From an uncultured Planctomycetales bacterium (GTDB lineage Bacteria > Omnitrophota > Gorgyraeia > Zapsychrales > JAHFFX01), in assembly GCA_964464475.1 (NCBI GenBank), contig CAYXGG010000006.1, forward strand, positions 16,305-80,304: a DNA stretch of 64,000 nt. Reading direction: 5' to 3'. Made by a program: the position numbers and the translations under genes. The first letter of the stretch is position 1. Each line of letters begins with the position of its first letter. Below are positions 19,169 to 29,200 of the stretch, in pieces. The notes beneath the pieces were generated by a model. It was not told the origin of the DNA. It made no database searches and was given only the letters and a program-made list of their open reading frames with translations.

Positions 19169-19813
19169 TCATGACACGCCATCTCTAAGTAATTTTTTAA
19201 AATCTTTTATCACCGCCGCCGGATTAGGGGACAAACAAATCTCACGACAAACGGCGACCCGAGTTATGCCCTGCGCTCTGACCAAACTAAGATTACTACG
19301 CGTAATGCCACCGATCGCGAATACTGGAAAACTCGCTTTAACCGCGACCCGAGACAATAACGACAATGCCATCGGCTTACGCTGCGGCTTAGTCAACGTT
19401 TTAAAAACAGAGCCAAACCCAACATAATCTGCCCGCTCACGTGAAGCCTTGCTTAAATGCTGATCATTCTGACACGAGGTCCCAATCAAAGCCCCGACAC
19501 CCAGCAGCTTGCGTGCCAATGGCACTGGGATATCATCCTGTCCGACATGCACTCCATCTGCGTTCACCGAAGAAGCGATATCCACTCGATCATTAATGAT
19601 CATCGGAACTTTGCCTTGGGCCGCTTGCTGAACCTTCTGAGCCAAAGCCATGAAGGAGCGTGCCGTTCCTTTTTTATCCCGCAACTGTAAAAGATCAACG
19701 CCGCTACGGACGGCCACCCGGACCAAATCCACTAAAGCCCGCCCCGCGACAACCTCCGTATCTAAAATTAAATACAACTTACAATCGCTTAAAAGTTTTT
19801 TGTTCCAGCGCAT
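19169..19813 (-). CDS. thiE: Thiamine-phosphate synthase
   Basis: QLRDK, INDRVD, HVGQDD, AIGGI. Confidence 0.95.
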   Translation of the reverse strand: MRWNKKLLSDCKLYLILDTEVVAGRALVDLVRVAVRSGVDLLQLRDKKGTARSFMALAQKVQQAAQGKVPMIINDRVDIASSVNADGVHVGQDDIPVPLARKLLGVGALIGTSCQNDQHLSKASRERADYVGFGSVFKTLTKPQRKPMALSLLSRVAVKASFPVFAIGGITRSNLSLVRAQGITRVAVCREICLSPNPAAVIKDFKKLLRDGVS

Positions 19814-20192
19814 AGACCCGGTATCGCAATTTTTTCAAATTCAAGGCAGTGGCGGGAGCCAGTAATTTCGAAAACTCTTCAAGGACTCGCAAGGATTCTT
19901 TAATCCGTTGAGCGTTAGCATAGAAAATGTCCCGCGTTTCATTACGCTTACTTTCCAGAGGCAACGTCGCTTTGCCCACGTCCCCGCCAATGTCGCGACT
20001 GGCCAATAGTTCCTCAAACCCAAACTTTATGACGGCGGCGGTTACGTCATGCCGAATTCGTTTAAAAGAGCTGGCGCCGGCCCGATCATCCAAAACAAAC
20101 CGACAAACGTCTTCACACACCCGCAAACCTTCTTTAGCCCGGTTATAATTGGCGTCCAACACCCGCAAAAATTTCCGCTGATCAGCGCGCAC
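19779..20192 (-). CDS. ThiD2-like helical protein (N-terminal module of fused cyanobacterial-type ThiE)
   Basis: [19 protein letters not shown]...RD..GDVG...[11 protein letters not shown]...LRYRVY. Confidence 0.85.
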   Translation of the reverse strand: MRADQRKFLRVLDANYNRAKEGLRVCEDVCRFVLDDRAGASSFKRIRHDVTAAVIKFGFEELLASRDIGGDVGKATLPLESKRNETRDIFYANAQRIKESLRVLEEFSKLLAPATALNLKKLRYRVYALEQKTFKRL

Positions 20193-20673
20193 GGTGCTTT
20201 ATTTTTTCAATGAGATTCGTCGTGGAAAAATGATCCACGAACTTAATGAATTCGACCTTACCGCCCCGAGACTTGACCACATCGCTACCGGCGACGTCCT
20301 TCCCTTTCCAATCCGCTCCCTTAATCAAAATGTCCGGCTGCAAGTAACCAATCAGCTTAAAAGGCGTCTCTTCAGTAAAAATTGTCACATAGTCAACGCA
20401 GCCTAACGCCGCCATGACCATAGCCCGAGCCTTTTGAGAGTTAACGGGACGGCTAGGCCCTTTTAATTTTCGCACCGACGCGTCGGAATTAAGAGCCACC
20501 ACTAAAACCCGGTCGGGACGTTTGGCTTTTTCCAAATAGGTGACGTGCCCCAAATGCAAAATATCAAAACAACCATTGGTAAACGCGATTTTCTTCCCCT
20601 GGCGTCGGTGGCGTTCCACGTATTTCCTTAACGCGGGCCAGCCTAATATCTTAGCGCTGGATTTATTTATCAC
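20182..20673 (-). CDS. rfaE2: D-glycero-beta-D-manno-heptose 1-phosphate adenylyltransferase
   Basis: [28 protein letters not shown]. Confidence 0.93.
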   Translation of the reverse strand: MINKSSAKILGWPALRKYVERHRRQGKKIAFTNGCFDILHLGHVTYLEKAKRPDRVLVVALNSDASVRKLKGPSRPVNSQKARAMVMAALGCVDYVTIFTEETPFKLIGYLQPDILIKGADWKGKDVAGSDVVKSRGGKVEFIKFVDHFSTTNLIEKIKHRAR

Positions 20674-21235
20674 TGAATTCCCGCTCCACTAATTCACAAA
20701 CCGTATGATATAGCACCATCTGTGATTCCTGAATTCGGGCCGTTGAATTCGAAGGAACAATTAAATTAATGTCTGCCAGCGGCGCCATTTTTCCACCCCC
20801 ATTCCCCGTCAACGCAATGACCGTCAGTCCCATTTTCTTCGCCTGCTTCATACCTTCAATCACATTGCGGGAGTTACCGCTGGTGGAAATACCAAAGGCA
20901 ATATCACCTTTTTTACCGATCCCTTCGATTTGCCGTGAGAACACAACCTCAAATCCGTAATCGTTACCCAAAGCCGTTAAGATGGAACTGTCCGTCGTCA
21001 AAGCTATCGCCGCCAGAGAGCGTCGCTCTTTTTGAAAACGACCAATAAATTCGGCGGCAATGTGTTGAGAGTCGGCCGCCGAACCGCCATTTCCAAAAAA
21101 AAGAATTTTGCCCCCATGTTTTAATGCCGCAATAATTTCTAAAGCGGCTTTCTCAATGGCATCACTGTTATCTTTAAGCGTCAGTTGTTTAACAGTAATG
21201 GACTCATTAAATATTTCTTGGATACGTTCTTTCAT
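20663..21235 (-). CDS. gmhA: Phosphoheptose isomerase
   Basis: [25 protein letters not shown]; start set at MKERI. Confidence 0.95.
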   Translation of the reverse strand: MKERIQEIFNESITVKQLTLKDNSDAIEKAALEIIAALKHGGKILFFGNGGSAADSQHIAAEFIGRFQKERRSLAAIALTTDSSILTALGNDYGFEVVFSRQIEGIGKKGDIAFGISTSGNSRNVIEGMKQAKKMGLTVIALTGNGGGKMAPLADINLIVPSNSTARIQESQMVLYHTVCELVEREFSDK

Positions 21236-21248
21236 ATCTCTCTTTCTT

Positions 21249-22283
21249 TCAGGCAAAGAAAACTTTCACCATTTCGTTATAAAGCCCCATATCGACTTTT
21301 TTGCGCTCACTCACGGCCTCGGCGATATCGACGTAATGCAGTTTAGCGTCTCGCAAACTTACCATTTTGCCGAACTTCCCTTCTTTGACCAACTCAACGG
21401 CCTTGACGCCAAATCGCGTGCCAATCAGGCGATCATACGCGGTGGGCGTTCCGCCACGTTGGATATAACCCAATACACTCACTCGAGTATCGTATCCCGT
21501 GGCCTGTTCAATGCCCTTGGCCAAAATTTCTCCCACACCGGCGCGACGCAAATAACCGAATTCATCCACGTATTCACGGCTTAGCGCGTGACCGCTAATT
21601 TGGGTTCCTTCTGAAATAACGACAATAGTAAAAGTTTTGCCACGCTTATGACGATTCTTGACAGCGTCGCACACTTCCTGCATATTCACGGTAATTTCGG
21701 GAATCAAGATTAAATCCGCTCCACCCGCGATACCCGCCTCCAAAGCGATCCAGCCGGTGTACAGTCCCATGACCTCAACCACCATGATGCGATGATGACT
21801 TTCGGCAGTGGTATGCAAACGGTCAATACATTCGGTTGCGATATTCACCGCCGTATCAAATCCAAAAGCATAATCCGTTCCGGATAACGCGTTATCAATT
21901 GATTTCGGGACAGCAACGACTTTAATCACTCCCTCACGATGCAATTCCAAAGCGACTTTGAGTGTTTCTTCTCCCCCAACGGCAATAAGGGCGTCTAATC
22001 CCCCTCGCTTGTAATTTTCTCTAATTTTTTTAACCATGTCGTTGGTTGAATCTTTCAGGGGATTGACCCGGCTCGTCCCCAAAATAGTCCCACCCCGATC
22101 CAGGATCCCGGAAATAGCCCGCAAATCAAGGATCCGCATGTCATTATCAACCAAGCCACTCCAGCCGTTCTTAATGCCCGAAACCACAATATTTTCCATC
22201 ATGGCTTTTCGAACGACAGCCCGAATGACCGAGTTAAGTCCAGGGCAATCAGCGCCACCGGTAAGAATTCCTATTTTTTTCAT
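21249..22283 (-). CDS. pfkA: 6-phosphofructokinase family protein (several active-site substitutions)
   Basis: LTGGADCPG, GGTILGTSR, PKSIDN, GFDTA, QRGG. Confidence 0.85.
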   Translation of the reverse strand: MKKIGILTGGADCPGLNSVIRAVVRKAMMENIVVSGIKNGWSGLVDNDMRILDLRAISGILDRGGTILGTSRVNPLKDSTNDMVKKIRENYKRGGLDALIAVGGEETLKVALELHREGVIKVVAVPKSIDNALSGTDYAFGFDTAVNIATECIDRLHTTAESHHRIMVVEVMGLYTGWIALEAGIAGGADLILIPEITVNMQEVCDAVKNRHKRGKTFTIVVISEGTQISGHALSREYVDEFGYLRRAGVGEILAKGIEQATGYDTRVSVLGYIQRGGTPTAYDRLIGTRFGVKAVELVKEGKFGKMVSLRDAKLHYVDIAEAVSERKKVDMGLYNEMVKVFFA

Positions 22284-22297
22284 GAATGTCCTATGGG

Positions 22298-22909
22298 TTA
22301 GGGTCGATATCCCTTAAAGGGGACAGCAGCGGCCGGCGGCGCGTCCAACATCTCCGCCTTAGCTTTCTTTTGTTTGATATCTTCCGTTGAAATCTTAATG
22401 ACATGAATCCGCACAATGACAGATTCATCAATTCCAATCGTGTCCTGAATTTTAGATTTGACTAAATCCTGTAATTGCGCCGTCATTTCGGGAATGTTCA
22501 TATCTGATCTTAAAATGAGACGAATATCTGCTTCTAGACCTTTCTTGGTCGCCAAGACCCCAGATTTAACTTCCTTAATGTCCGGAACACTTAAAATGAC
22601 CCGGCGAATCATATCTTCAAGCGCGTTTAGTGACACCGTGACACGACCGGCAGGATTATCAAAAGCAATCGTTCGCTCCTGCTCATAATTTCCATAAATC
22701 AACCGAGTCGCGAGAAAACTCAATAAGATCATGACCGCGCTGATAATACCGATCACCAACCTGATATCGTTATCGTTATACGCGACGCCCACGTATTCGT
22801 GGATTTGGGGCAACGTGATCGAATGCGCCACAAAAGCAATGGCTAATCCGCTAACCAACCAGACTAACAACATATAAAAAAGTACCGCCGTTCGCGTAAA
22901 AACTCTCAT
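22298..22909 (-). CDS. AmaP-like membrane anchor protein
   Basis: Two N-terminal TM helices + G-x-V-x-VS..A.E domain; adjacent to Asp23 gene. Confidence 0.8.
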   Translation of the reverse strand: MRVFTRTAVLFYMLLVWLVSGLAIAFVAHSITLPQIHEYVGVAYNDNDIRLVIGIISAVMILLSFLATRLIYGNYEQERTIAFDNPAGRVTVSLNALEDMIRRVILSVPDIKEVKSGVLATKKGLEADIRLILRSDMNIPEMTAQLQDLVKSKIQDTIGIDESVIVRIHVIKISTEDIKQKKAKAEMLDAPPAAAVPFKGYRP

Positions 22910-23262
22910 TCTTTCCCCCTCTCTATCCCATGGATGTTCACATGAACATCTTTTAGACTTAAATCCACTGTCCGCTCAACCGCGGTGCGGACTGTTTCCT
23001 GAATTTGCCGTCCGATGTCATGGACGCTAATCCCGTAACGGATCATGACTTTAAGTTCAATAGAGACCTGGTTGTTTTTATCAACGGAGACGGAAATGCC
23101 CGGATAGGCACGATACCCTAATAATTCTTTAGCTTTAAAAATAAGATCGGCCGGCATCAGCGCCACTCCATCTAACTCTGCCAACGCCGACACCGCGATA
23201 TCCGCAATCGCCTTTTTATGGATCTGAATGGAACCTAAATCAACCCGGTTGGTATCCATCAT
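22906..23262 (-). CDS. Asp23/Gls24-family (YqhY-like) protein
   Basis: GSIQI...IA, YG.S...[14 protein letters not shown]; directly after accC. Confidence 0.88.
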   Translation of the reverse strand: MMDTNRVDLGSIQIHKKAIADIAVSALAELDGVALMPADLIFKAKELLGYRAYPGISVSVDKNNQVSIELKVMIRYGISVHDIGRQIQETVRTAVERTVDLSLKDVHVNIHGIERGKE

Positions 23263-24620
23263 TTGTGATCCTCCCCTAAGTTTTTCATCATGTTCTCCAA
23301 GAAATGCGTCGACACCGCACCTTTGACAAACTGTGGATGATTCAATATTTTCTGATGCAAACTGATGGTTGTTTTAATCGGGCTGACATAAAATTCATCT
23401 AACCCCCTCAACATGGTGCGAATGGCTTCATCGCGATTTCGGCCATGCACAATCAATTTGGCCACCATGGAATCATAATACGGACTGATCGTATACCCGG
23501 GATAAATATGGGTGTCTACGCGCACACCAAAACCACCCGGCAAATTCAATTCCTCGATTTTGCCCGGACAAGGCATAAAATTATTACTGGGGTCTTCCGC
23601 ATTAATACGGCATTCAATCGCGTGGCCTCGAAATTTAATATCTTCCTGACGCATTTTAAGCTTCCCACCATAGGCCAAACGGATTTGTTCTTTGACGATG
23701 TCAATCCCCGTCACCATTTCCGTAACGGGATGTTCAACCTGAATGCGGGTGTTCATTTCCATAAAATAAAACTGGCTAGCACCATCCAGCAGAAACTCAA
23801 TCGTTCCGACACCACGGTAGTTCGCCGCTTTGGCAGCTTTGACCGCCACTTCGCCCATTTTCTTGCGCAATTTCTCATCCAGTGCGGGAGAAGGAGATTC
23901 TTCAATTAACTTTTGATGTCGGCGCTGAACGCTGCAATCGCGCTCTCCGAAATGAATAATGTGTCCGTGATTATCCGCCACGATTTGAAATTCGACGTGA
24001 CGAGGATCGGAAATATATTTCTCAATGTAAACGGCTGAGTTACCAAAATTGGCTTCCGCCTCATTTTGCGCCAGTGTAAATTGGGTACGTAAAGTCGCGT
24101 CATTATGACAGACCCGCATACCCTTTCCCCCACCACCTGCCGCCGCTTTAATAATAATCGGATAACGAATCTTCTTGGCTAATTCCAATGCATCGGTGAC
24201 CGACTTAATAACCCCGACGCCGCCAGGAGTGACCGGAACACCAATTTTGCGCATTGTTTCCCGAGCCATGACCTTATCTCCCATCAAACTGATAGTCTGG
24301 TGGCTAGGACCAATAAACGTAATGTGGCATTCCTCGCAAACCTGAGCAAAATGAGCGTTTTCGGAAAGAAAGCCATAGCCAGGGTGGATCGCTTCGACAT
24401 CCGTTATCTCGGCTGCCGAAATAATGGCCGGAATATTCAAATAGCTTTCTTTGCTGGGAGCATTTCCGATGCAAACAGCTTCATCCGCAAAGCGGACGTG
24501 AGCCGATGTCCGGTCAGCCTGAGAATAGACAGCGACCGTACGAATTCCCATTTCCTTGCAAGCCCGAATGACACGCAAAGCAATTTCGCCACGATTGGCA
24601 ATTAATATTTTAGAAAACAT
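23259..24620 (-). CDS. accC: Acetyl-CoA carboxylase biotin carboxylase
   Basis: [38 protein letters not shown]. Confidence 0.98.
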   Translation of the reverse strand: MFSKILIANRGEIALRVIRACKEMGIRTVAVYSQADRTSAHVRFADEAVCIGNAPSKESYLNIPAIISAAEITDVEAIHPGYGFLSENAHFAQVCEECHITFIGPSHQTISLMGDKVMARETMRKIGVPVTPGGVGVIKSVTDALELAKKIRYPIIIKAAAGGGGKGMRVCHNDATLRTQFTLAQNEAEANFGNSAVYIEKYISDPRHVEFQIVADNHGHIIHFGERDCSVQRRHQKLIEESPSPALDEKLRKKMGEVAVKAAKAANYRGVGTIEFLLDGASQFYFMEMNTRIQVEHPVTEMVTGIDIVKEQIRLAYGGKLKMRQEDIKFRGHAIECRINAEDPSNNFMPCPGKIEELNLPGGFGVRVDTHIYPGYTISPYYDSMVAKLIVHGRNRDEAIRTMLRGLDEFYVSPIKTTISLHQKILNHPQFVKGAVSTHFLENMMKNLGEDHK

Positions 24621-24632
24621 AAATTTTTAGAA

Positions 24633-25100
24633 TTAAAGCGGTTCGACGGCAAACAACTGTTGACCGAATTCGACGGGTTCGGCGTTCTGGACGGAGACTT
24701 CCACGATCTTACCGCGTACTTCCGATTTGATTTCATTCATCAACTTCATGGCTTCAATGATGCAAACAACCTGACCAATCTCAACAATTTGTCCGACATC
24801 CGCAAACGCTGGTGCCTCCGGAGAAGGCGCGCGGTAAAAAGTCCCCACCATGGGAGATACGATGGCTTTGGTGGGTTTCTCCAAACTAGCGGCAGAAGCG
24901 GTGGAGGCTTGCTCTAAATTTTTGGGAGGGTTTAGTGTTTCTAGACGGTATTCAACCGGACGGCGGGGAAAAGCATCTTGAGGAGCATCAACTACTGATT
25001 TTCTTAATTTAATTTTTGAACCTTCTTTTTCAACCTCAATTTCCGCGAGATCGTTATCATTCATCAAATTAATCAGCTCTTTGATTTCCTTTAGGTTCAT
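24633..25100 (-). CDS. accB: Biotin carboxyl carrier protein
   Basis: SPMVGTFY, EAMKLMNE biotinylation motif. Confidence 0.98.
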   Translation of the reverse strand: MNLKEIKELINLMNDNDLAEIEVEKEGSKIKLRKSVVDAPQDAFPRRPVEYRLETLNPPKNLEQASTASAASLEKPTKAIVSPMVGTFYRAPSPEAPAFADVGQIVEIGQVVCIIEAMKLMNEIKSEVRGKIVEVSVQNAEPVEFGQQLFAVEPL

Positions 25101-25663
25101 TTTTGGACCCTTTCAACATAAACCCCGTCGCGGGTATCAATTTTCACCCAATCACCCTGGTTAATAAATAATGGCACCAGAACACTGGCCCCTGTGTCCA
25201 GTTTAGCTGGCTTGGTACTCGATTTGGACGAATCACCTTTAACGCCCGGCTCGGTTTCAGCAATCTGCGCCACGATAAAGTTAGCAATCACAATCTTTTG
25301 CAATTTGTGACCAAAAAGAATCGCCGAAACTTCCATATTGTCCTGCAAATAATCAATTGCGTGCCCCATCTGTTCCCTGCTGATAGTCAAGTCCTCATAG
25401 GTCTCTTTGTCCATAAAATGGAACGTGTCGCCAGAATTGTATTGGTAAATAAATTTACGTTCTTCGAGGAAGGCTTGTTCTATTTTATCGGAATTACGGA
25501 AGGTTTTGTCCAAAACGGCATCGGTCTTGATGTTCTTTAATTTGGCGCGGACAAAAGCGGCCCCTTTACCGGGTTTGACATGCTGGGCGTCGGCCACCAT
25601 CCAAATTTCATTATTCATTTCTAACGCGACCCCCACCTTAACATCGGAAATATCAATTAACAC
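25097..25663 (-). CDS. efp: Elongation factor P
   Basis: HVKPGKG, PGVKGD, VPLFI...DTR..YVER; GTG start. Confidence 0.97.
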   Translation of the reverse strand: MLIDISDVKVGVALEMNNEIWMVADAQHVKPGKGAAFVRAKLKNIKTDAVLDKTFRNSDKIEQAFLEERKFIYQYNSGDTFHFMDKETYEDLTISREQMGHAIDYLQDNMEVSAILFGHKLQKIVIANFIVAQIAETEPGVKGDSSKSSTKPAKLDTGASVLVPLFINQGDWVKIDTRDGVYVERVQK

Positions 25664-26705
25664 TTAACACCTCACATCCTTTTTTCGTCACTAAAACCAT
25701 ATCTTCGATTCTTATCCCAAATTTACCCGGCAAATAGACACCCGGTTCAACGGTAACTATCATATTTTCTTTGAGCGGTTCATGATTTTGGGAGGATAAT
25801 CGCGGACCTTCATGAATCTCCAACCCCACTCCATGTCCTAAAGAATGACCGAAATATTGGCCTAACCTTTTGCTCTTTAAATAATTACGCGCTTGAGCGT
25901 CAACCTCGCTAGCCTTCACCCCGCTCGCTATCGAGGCAATCGCTTTTTGCTGCGCTACCCCTACGTGCTGATAAACTTCCCTAACGAGGCGCGGTATTTT
26001 ACCTAGAAAGAAAATGCGTGTCAAGTCGGACTTATACCCATTAATTTCCATTCCACAATCGATCAAAACCGGTTCATTTGCTTTGAGTTTGCGCTCTGTT
26101 ACTTTAGCGTGCGGTAAGCACGAATTGGGTCCGGAAGCGATAATCGGGGGGAAAGAAAAACCCGCATGATGGCGCTTCACGAATTGTTCCAGCCTACGTA
26201 ACAGCTCTAATTCGCTCATTCCAATTTTTAAGCTTCGCTCTAGATGATTATACGCCTGGTGATGGAGCTTAAGCGCTTGGCGAACCAGCGCTATTTCATG
26301 TCGATCCTTGATTTCGCGTAACTCTTCCACTAAGCCGTTGGCTGCGGCAAGCTTAATCCCGGCAGGTCGATGCTTATTTAACGTATTAAATCCGGCCAAA
26401 CTAATATGGCGTTCATCAAGTCCTAAAATCCTGACTCGGTTAGTTTGTGCGACTTCAAAAGCTCCCTGAGCGAGTGAATGGCGATATTGTTTGACGGGTA
26501 TGCCTCTTAAACCCTTCTGGGCCTCCAACACATAACGGAAGTCTGTGATAAAAAAAGACTTCCTGGGGGTCACTAATAACCAGGACTCAGACGCAGGAAA
26601 CCCGGTCAAATAGCGAATATTAACATCTTTAGTGACTAGATAGGCGTCTAAACGACGGCGGGCAAGACTTTCACTAAGCTGCTTAAGGCGAGTGTTCACG
26701 GCCAT
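25653..26705 (-). CDS. Xaa-Pro peptidase (M24B)
   Basis: TDFRY, SDLTR, HSLGHGVGLEIHE, TVEPG, RIED; ATG at 26705 overlaps the aroQ stop. Confidence 0.93.
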   Translation of the reverse strand: MAVNTRLKQLSESLARRRLDAYLVTKDVNIRYLTGFPASESWLLVTPRKSFFITDFRYVLEAQKGLRGIPVKQYRHSLAQGAFEVAQTNRVRILGLDERHISLAGFNTLNKHRPAGIKLAAANGLVEELREIKDRHEIALVRQALKLHHQAYNHLERSLKIGMSELELLRRLEQFVKRHHAGFSFPPIIASGPNSCLPHAKVTERKLKANEPVLIDCGMEINGYKSDLTRIFFLGKIPRLVREVYQHVGVAQQKAIASIASGVKASEVDAQARNYLKSKRLGQYFGHSLGHGVGLEIHEGPRLSSQNHEPLKENMIVTVEPGVYLPGKFGIRIEDMVLVTKKGCEVLSVN

Positions 26706-27139
26706 CAAAAGATTAAGGCCTTTGCGGCTTCCAGACCCAACAAATAACTGTTGACCCCGAACCCGCAAATCTGCCCCTTGGCGACAGGGGCGATTAACGA
26801 TTTGTGGCGAAATTCTTCACGCGCATGAATATTAGATAAATGCACTTCTACGGTAGGAATACTGACCGCGGCAACCGCGTCCCGAATCGCCACGCTGGTA
26901 TGCGTGTAGGCGGCGGGGTTAATCACGATGGCGGCAAATTTGGACTTCTTCGCACTGCCGATTAAATCCACAATCTCACCTTCATGGTTAGACTGAACGC
27001 AGGTTAAGGACACTTTTGGACCAGCCGCTTTCTTCAGCAGACGATTAATCTCTTCCAGCGTCGTAGTCCCATAAACATCTTTTTCTCGAGTTCCCAGCAG
27101 GTTAAGATTGGGACCATGAATAACCAATATCTTTTTCAA
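26705..27139 (-). CDS. aroQ: Type II 3-dehydroquinate dehydratase
   Basis: [33 protein letters not shown]. Confidence 0.97.
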   Translation of the reverse strand: MKKILVIHGPNLNLLGTREKDVYGTTTLEEINRLLKKAAGPKVSLTCVQSNHEGEIVDLIGSAKKSKFAAIVINPAAYTHTSVAIRDAVAAVSIPTVEVHLSNIHAREEFRHKSLIAPVAKGQICGFGVNSYLLGLEAAKALIF

Positions 27140-27150
27140 AACGTTACTCC

Positions 27151-27306
27151 TTATTTTTCAGCCTCGTCCACCAGCATCACCGGAATTCCATTCTTAATGG
27201 GATATTTGCGAGCGCATTTCAGACAGAGTATTTTATCTTCCTTTAACTCGACGTCCCCTTGGCAAGCGGGACAAGCCAAAATGGCGAGTAATTGTTTGTC
27301 GATCAT
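27151..27306 (-). CDS. Trm112/YcaR-family protein (51 aa)
   Basis: [17 protein letters not shown]...[22 protein letters not shown]; ATGA overlap with upstream gene; not in the ORF track. Confidence 0.9.
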   Translation of the reverse strand: MIDKQLLAILACPACQGDVELKEDKILCLKCARKYPIKNGIPVMLVDEAEK

Positions 27307-27722
27307 GCCCCGCCCTCCTGCTTTGCCAATTCTACAAAACGCATCTGTAATTCATACAAAGAAGCGTTGAGGGTATCTTCTTCTTGTTTATTCAGATTTC
27401 CACGAGTCTTATGTCGCAATAATACCAATGTCTCAATAAAAATCTTAGCCTGCCGTAAATCCTTTTCCGGCAAACCCGAAGCTGGATGAGGCACTTCCCC
27501 CAAGAAAATCATGGCCTGATAGGCCAAACTGGACAAATATTCAATAAAGCTGATTTCCGTTTGTGGATCCGGAGGAACTTCTTTTTTAGCGGTAGATTCT
27601 ATAGCTTGAGAATTTCCAGCTAAGGCACTTTGGGCAGAGGAAGGCTCGACATGACGCGCCTTGCGCTGTTCTTCGGCTACGGTATCTTTCCAGGATTCAT
27701 CAACGTATTTTTCTTTTTCCAT
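27303..27722 (-). CDS. DUF1844-family protein
   Basis: F...SL..QAMIFLGE..HP, L..KTRGNL..EE..L...LYELQMRFV. Confidence 0.8.
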   Translation of the reverse strand: MEKEKYVDESWKDTVAEEQRKARHVEPSSAQSALAGNSQAIESTAKKEVPPDPQTEISFIEYLSSLAYQAMIFLGEVPHPASGLPEKDLRQAKIFIETLVLLRHKTRGNLNKQEEDTLNASLYELQMRFVELAKQEGGA

Positions 27723-27751
27723 CTCTTTTCACCTTACTCAAAAGTGTGATT

Positions 27752-27780
27752 ACCTTAACATTACCCTCGAGGATTGTCAA
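27752..27780 (-). promoter_or_regulatory. sigma70-type promoter for the DUF1844-aroQ-efp-acc string
   Basis: Minus strand TTGACA-N17-TAAGGT with TG extension. Confidence 0.6.
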
Positions 27781-27816
27781 CCGACCAGGAATCAATCTCA
27801 AGAATCACTTACTGAT

Positions 27817-28530
27817 TTATTTAGCAGTCTTTTGTTTTAATTCAAAAGAAATTTCCACGTTAAAAGAAAGCTCCGGATATTTCAAATCAGGTGGGAACGG
27901 TGGAAATGGATTTGATTCCCGGATGCTTTTTAAACCAATGTTACGCAGATTAGACTGAGCACTGGTTTTCTCTTCGATCAATTTAAGCTGTTTCAGAGTA
28001 CCGTCCGCGAGCAAAACAAAGGTTAAATAAACTTGCCCGGATTCCGAATCAACGTAATTCCGGTAAGCTTCGTTTCTGATCTTAGTACGCACCAGCTGAT
28101 AGTAATTTAAATAAAAAGGGTTATTAATTTTTTCCGACTTCAGAGGAGGAATGGTAATTCGTCGCTCCACAGGCAAACGATCCAGTTGTACCGGTTTATT
28201 GGTTAAGCTAATCTGCGAAGACAACTTATTAACTTCCTTGATGACCGGTGAATTCGTTGCTGTCTTTTTGAGCAAAACCTTATCATCAGTCAACTTCTCT
28301 TTCTTTAAAGTTTTTATTTCTTCATTCTTTGACTTATCATTGCCTTCCTTGGCCGCCACCTTTTTCTTTTGCTGATACGCCACTTCAATGAGCTTCATAT
28401 CTTTTTTAGGTTTGACCAGCTGCACAAAAGGCACCTTGGGCAGCAACATTAAGTGCACCATTAACGACGCACCTAACGTATACAGCAACAAACGATTACC
28501 TAAAGGAATTCTTTGGGCGACGGAGTACAT
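27817..28530 (-). CDS. TonB/TolA-like protein
   Basis: TM with S-x3-H (SLMVH), Lys-rich linker, C-terminal domain with PFPPFP. Confidence 0.75.
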   Translation of the reverse strand: MYSVAQRIPLGNRLLLYTLGASLMVHLMLLPKVPFVQLVKPKKDMKLIEVAYQQKKKVAAKEGNDKSKNEEIKTLKKEKLTDDKVLLKKTATNSPVIKEVNKLSSQISLTNKPVQLDRLPVERRITIPPLKSEKINNPFYLNYYQLVRTKIRNEAYRNYVDSESGQVYLTFVLLADGTLKQLKLIEEKTSAQSNLRNIGLKSIRESNPFPPFPPDLKYPELSFNVEISFELKQKTAK

Positions 28531-28531
28531 A

Positions 28532-29200
28532 TCAATTTCGGGACAGTAATTGCCGTAAGAAAAACTTAATAAATCGTAAAGTATCCTTGAGGGGATTAAT
28601 TTTGCTCACCTCATCTTGATAAATGGTCTTAATCGGAATGGAATGAATCCGAAAACCTTTCCTGGCCGCTTTCATTAATATCTCTGTCTCAATTTCATAG
28701 TCCGAAGTAGCCAGTTGAATTTGTTCTAAGACATTAACGCTGACAAGTCTATAACCGCATTGTGTATCCGGGATTTTCTGACCACAAGCCAACGATATCA
28801 GACCCGACATCAACCGGTTGGTCCAAAACCTTAATTTGGGCATCCCTTCAGGATTTTCTAACCGTGTGCCAGCAATAATACTATTCGGATATTTTTGTGC
28901 CGCCGACAAAAAAGCGTCAATGTCCTCTAGCGCATGCTGGCCATCACCATCCATCATCAGAACGGCATCAAACCCATTTTGTGTCGCATAGGCAAAACCA
29001 TCGCGCAACGACTGCCCTTTTCCCTGTCGAGTTCCGTGTCGGATCACCAGTGCCCCTTGCTGCCTAGCCAACTCTCCCGATTCATCGGTTGAGCCATCAT
29101 CAATAACCAAAACTTCGAGCGACCGCTTTCTTAGTCCGGAAACAAGCGACGCTATTGTTTTGGCTTCATTCAGAGCCGGAATTAATACACATATTTTCAT
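28532..29200 (-). CDS. Family 2 glycosyltransferase (DPM synthase-like)
   Basis: IPALNE, DDGSTD, MDGDGQH, DTQCGYR; start set at MKIC. Confidence 0.92.
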   Translation of the reverse strand: MKICVLIPALNEAKTIASLVSGLRKRSLEVLVIDDGSTDESGELARQQGALVIRHGTRQGKGQSLRDGFAYATQNGFDAVLMMDGDGQHALEDIDAFLSAAQKYPNSIIAGTRLENPEGMPKLRFWTNRLMSGLISLACGQKIPDTQCGYRLVSVNVLEQIQLATSDYEIETEILMKAARKGFRIHSIPIKTIYQDEVSKINPLKDTLRFIKFFLRQLLSRN

